A DNA stretch of 23,063 nucleotides from Bugula neritina (lineage: Eukaryota > Animalia > Bryozoa). Position 1 is the first letter of the stretch. Each line of letters starts with the position of its first letter. The stretch lies in the NCBI GenBank assembly GCA_964035545.1, contig CAXIUT010000069.1, positions 1-23,063 on the forward strand. The letters run 5' to 3'. The notes below the pieces were generated by a model. That model was not told where the DNA came from, did not search any database, and saw only the letters and a program-made list of their open reading frames with translations. A program made the position numbers and the translations under genes. This document shows positions 20,465 to 23,063 of this stretch, one piece after another.

Positions 20465-22889
20465 AAACAAGTACCTTCTCTCATATCTTCAGCCAAAAAA
20501 GAAAAATGTACATGGCTGCTCTCATCTACCTCATCTAAGATAAAAAAAAAACAACAACCAGCCTATGAGTAGATATCATAGCTATTGGCAACTGCCAGCC
20601 CGTACATCGCTCAGGCTGTTGATGAAGAACTGATGCCAACTTTGTTAAGGATGCATAAGGATTCGGGATTGGATGAGTTTATTTTGTTGTGGAGTCGCAT
20701 GTGTGATGGTAGTGTGAGTCGAAAGGAATACCCTGATTGGTCATAGAAATTGAAGGTGACTCGAATAAAGGGGTGGTAGAGAGAGTTAAATAAGAACATG
20801 AAGAACTATGAATTGTAATTTGATAAGAATTTTAATCAAAAACATGATGAAAGAGTATAATTTTTTTAAGATTTTGATGACTCAGTTCTGTCTGAAAGCA
20901 TAGACAATGAAAGTCAAATGATGAACATGTTGTATTTATCGATTATGTAAGCTAAGGGTGCTAGAAAAAAAATATAAGAACACAAACTATCAGACGAAGA
21001 ATTGAATTAATTATTAAATAAGTTAAAATATTTTACCTCCATTAAAATGCCTCATTATCTAAGTGTTCACTAGAAATAGTAATTTGAGAAAGAAAAGAAA
21101 TGGGCTAGATAGTATTTATAGATGAAATAAGAAGATAGAAGAAAGAATCCTAACGTTAGCATCAACTAGACTTTATAGCTGCCAAGAGAGGAAGAAGAAA
21201 TCAATATTGTGCAAAATGATCCTAAAAGAAGAACTTTTAAAAATTCTAATCCTCCCCTAGATGATTAGTTCTTCTAAGATTAAGTAGAAATGACTTAAAA
21301 AATAGATACCTTTAAAAAGTTAAAAGGAGGAGTGCCATAACGAATGACAGATGTATCAAAACAACCTTAAACTTCTATAAAATTTGCACATCAATCACTT
21401 AAATAACCTTTATACCAGCCATCTAAAGAACATCAATTCCAGCCACCTAAAGAACATCAATTCCAGCCACCTAAAGAACCATCTTTCCAGCCACCTAAAT
21501 AGCCATTACCACAACCACCAAGAGACCAACCATTGCCACAACCACCAAGAGACCAACCATTGCCACAACCACCAAGAGACCAACCATTTCGCTAACAATC
21601 TTTAAAAGTCCAATAATACCAATCAATAGGGAAAGGACATCACTCTTTAAAAGAATCAATACCAACACCAATAAAAATGATAGATCCTCGCCATATTGGC
21701 TATCTCTAGAACAACATCTCCAACAACAACTCCTCTCTTTAGATCCATGATCACCAACCTTATGGCATCAACAATAAAATATAATAGAACAAGTAAGATG
21801 ATATAGGATAGGAGTTGGTTATCAGGAAGATCAAGCCTTAGATGCAATCACCTGTCAAAATAAAACAAGGAGGGATTTTTCAGTAACTTAGAACTATTTC
21901 AACCCACAGACACAATACCTATCGCCAAGATCACCCAATAACTATCGTTCGCAAACCATGGAAGGCGGATGGGCCAGCGCCAACCTATCCAAACAATCTA
22001 GATGTAAACTATCAAAATTTACATCATAAAAGAAAGTAAGAAAGTAGTTGGCTCCAAGAGATCAACTGTCTTCTTCATAGGCTCATGTAACTCAACCATA
22101 TCTACAATATTTTTAACATCCAGCAGATTACGCCAGATTTCGCAGAACATGTCTTTAAAATACATTTGCTTTAATGAATTCTCAACTAATAACAATCAAT
22201 TGTCAAATATAAAAATAAAACAACTCGAGAATCAAACTATAAATCACCTTTATCAACAACTATCATCTCCCTTTAGACATACAAACTGTATACAAAGTGC
22301 CACAATGCTTTTCTGTATAAAAAAGAACCAAAATATCCAAAAGGTTTCAACTACATAACACCCTCAAACACGTCTTCTGTCTGTCTGTCCAGTAATTTCC
22401 TTTATAACCATGTCTAATATCTCTTAAAGCTAAATCAACTGATAAATAAAATATAGTAGAATCGCAAATCCCCTTCTCCATCACCATGCTCAACTTCATT
22501 GAGTGTCTATATACTACAGAGGAAGAATGGATCAAATAATGGAAACTAATGACATAGAACCCCCAGTTTATCTTCTCAAAACATATAGAACTTGATCGAC
22601 ATGTCGTCAGTGACTAAATCGATTGGATACTAAAAGAAACCTTTATCCGAGTTGCTGCCATTGAAGGGGTAATACATGTTATATGTAGTATTCTGTGCAA
22701 GATTATGGATGTGTTTGCTTTTATCCAGGCCTTAATAACCTCCGATTTCTTACGCATTTGTCTTTGAGAGTCGATAACATCATTAGCATTTAAGCTGTCA
22801 GCTGTAGACCTCTTGATAGAGACGAAAAAGATTTCATTGAATACTGTATGAATCTCTGGATGATGCTGCTAGGTAAAATCTACCTCTGA
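20465..22889 (+). CDS. 5'-truncated protein: helical N-terminal region, Pro/Gln repeat linker, adaptin-appendage-like C-terminus
   Basis: Open frame from the telomere to ~21870, a frame change near 21865-21880 (G runs), then open to TGA 22887-22889 via a 20-nt intron at 22669-22688. IPFSITMLNFIECLYTTEEEWIKEWKLM resembles the alpha-adaptin ear platform. Confidence 0.65.
21392..21588 (+). repeat. Coding tandem repeats: 24-nt unit (QPPKEHQF) ~4.5 copies, then 27-nt unit (PLPQPPRDQ) 3 copies
   Basis: CAGCCACCTAAAGAACATCAATTC and CCATTGCCACAACCACCAAGAGACCAA units are directly visible. Confidence 0.92.
22669..22688 (+). other. 20-nt spliceosomal intron
   Basis: GTAATACATGTTATATGTAG; removal extends the ORF to a TGA close to the telomere. 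Confidence 0.8.
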
Positions 22890-22985
22890 TACTGATATAT
22901 AGAATATTGTATATGAGATATTGTTAAATATGAGATATTATGCATGAAATATTGTTTTAAGATGATATATATATTATTTACTTAT

Positions 22986-23063
22986 GGGGTTGGGGTTGGG
23001 GTTGGGGTTGGGGGTTGGGGTTGGGGTTGGGGTTGGGGTTGGGGGTTGGGGGTTGGGGTTGGG
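22986..23063 (+). repeat. Terminal right telomere (TTGGGG)n
   Basis: 78-nt array with three G5 variants (75 nt if these are homopolymer errors), ending TTGGG. Confidence 0.97.

Noticed and set aside
18224-20572. Track ORFs with PNPNPN, GVGVGV or GWGWGW repeats
   Set aside because: These are translations of telomeric hexamers, not proteins.
22070-22700. Minus-strand frame with two Trp-like in-frame TGAs
   Set aside because: Antisense shadow of the plus-strand ear-domain-like gene, which is open and has a consensus 20-nt intron.
70-22985. Tetrahymena 15-bp Cbs, tRNA or rRNA genes
   Set aside because: None recognised by eye. A tRNAscan-SE/Infernal run would be needed to exclude small RNAs formally.

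Overview
Gene-dense, AT-rich ciliate macronuclear DNA. It only reads correctly in the peritrich-type nuclear code (TAA/TAG = Glu, TGA = stop; NCBI table 30), so the supplied standard-code ORF track is mostly misleading. Bases 1-18175 form a complete telomere-to-telomere minichromosome, (C4A2)n ... (T2G4)n, carrying 17 genes: RBX1-like, a membrane-tethered bZIP, a ZZ-finger protein, IMP3, QDPR, VPS28, a REEP/Yop1-like protein, derlin, POC5-like, cathepsin D and several coiled-coil unknowns. Three further right-end fragments follow (72 nt, ~2.1 kb, ~2.5 kb). Each starts abruptly, two of them mid-gene, and each ends in its own telomere; these are probably concatenated chromosome ends with more sequence errors. 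Main observations: (1) eleven introns of exactly 20 nt, all GTA...YAG with an invariant A at +15 (-6); (2) five telomere tracts of ~69 or ~75 nt ending in the same register; (3) a TTGA motif 20-22 nt from four of five telomere addition sites; (4) an ATF6/bZIP28-like bZIP-TM-RRKL protein. All translations and family calls were made by eye; no database search was run.
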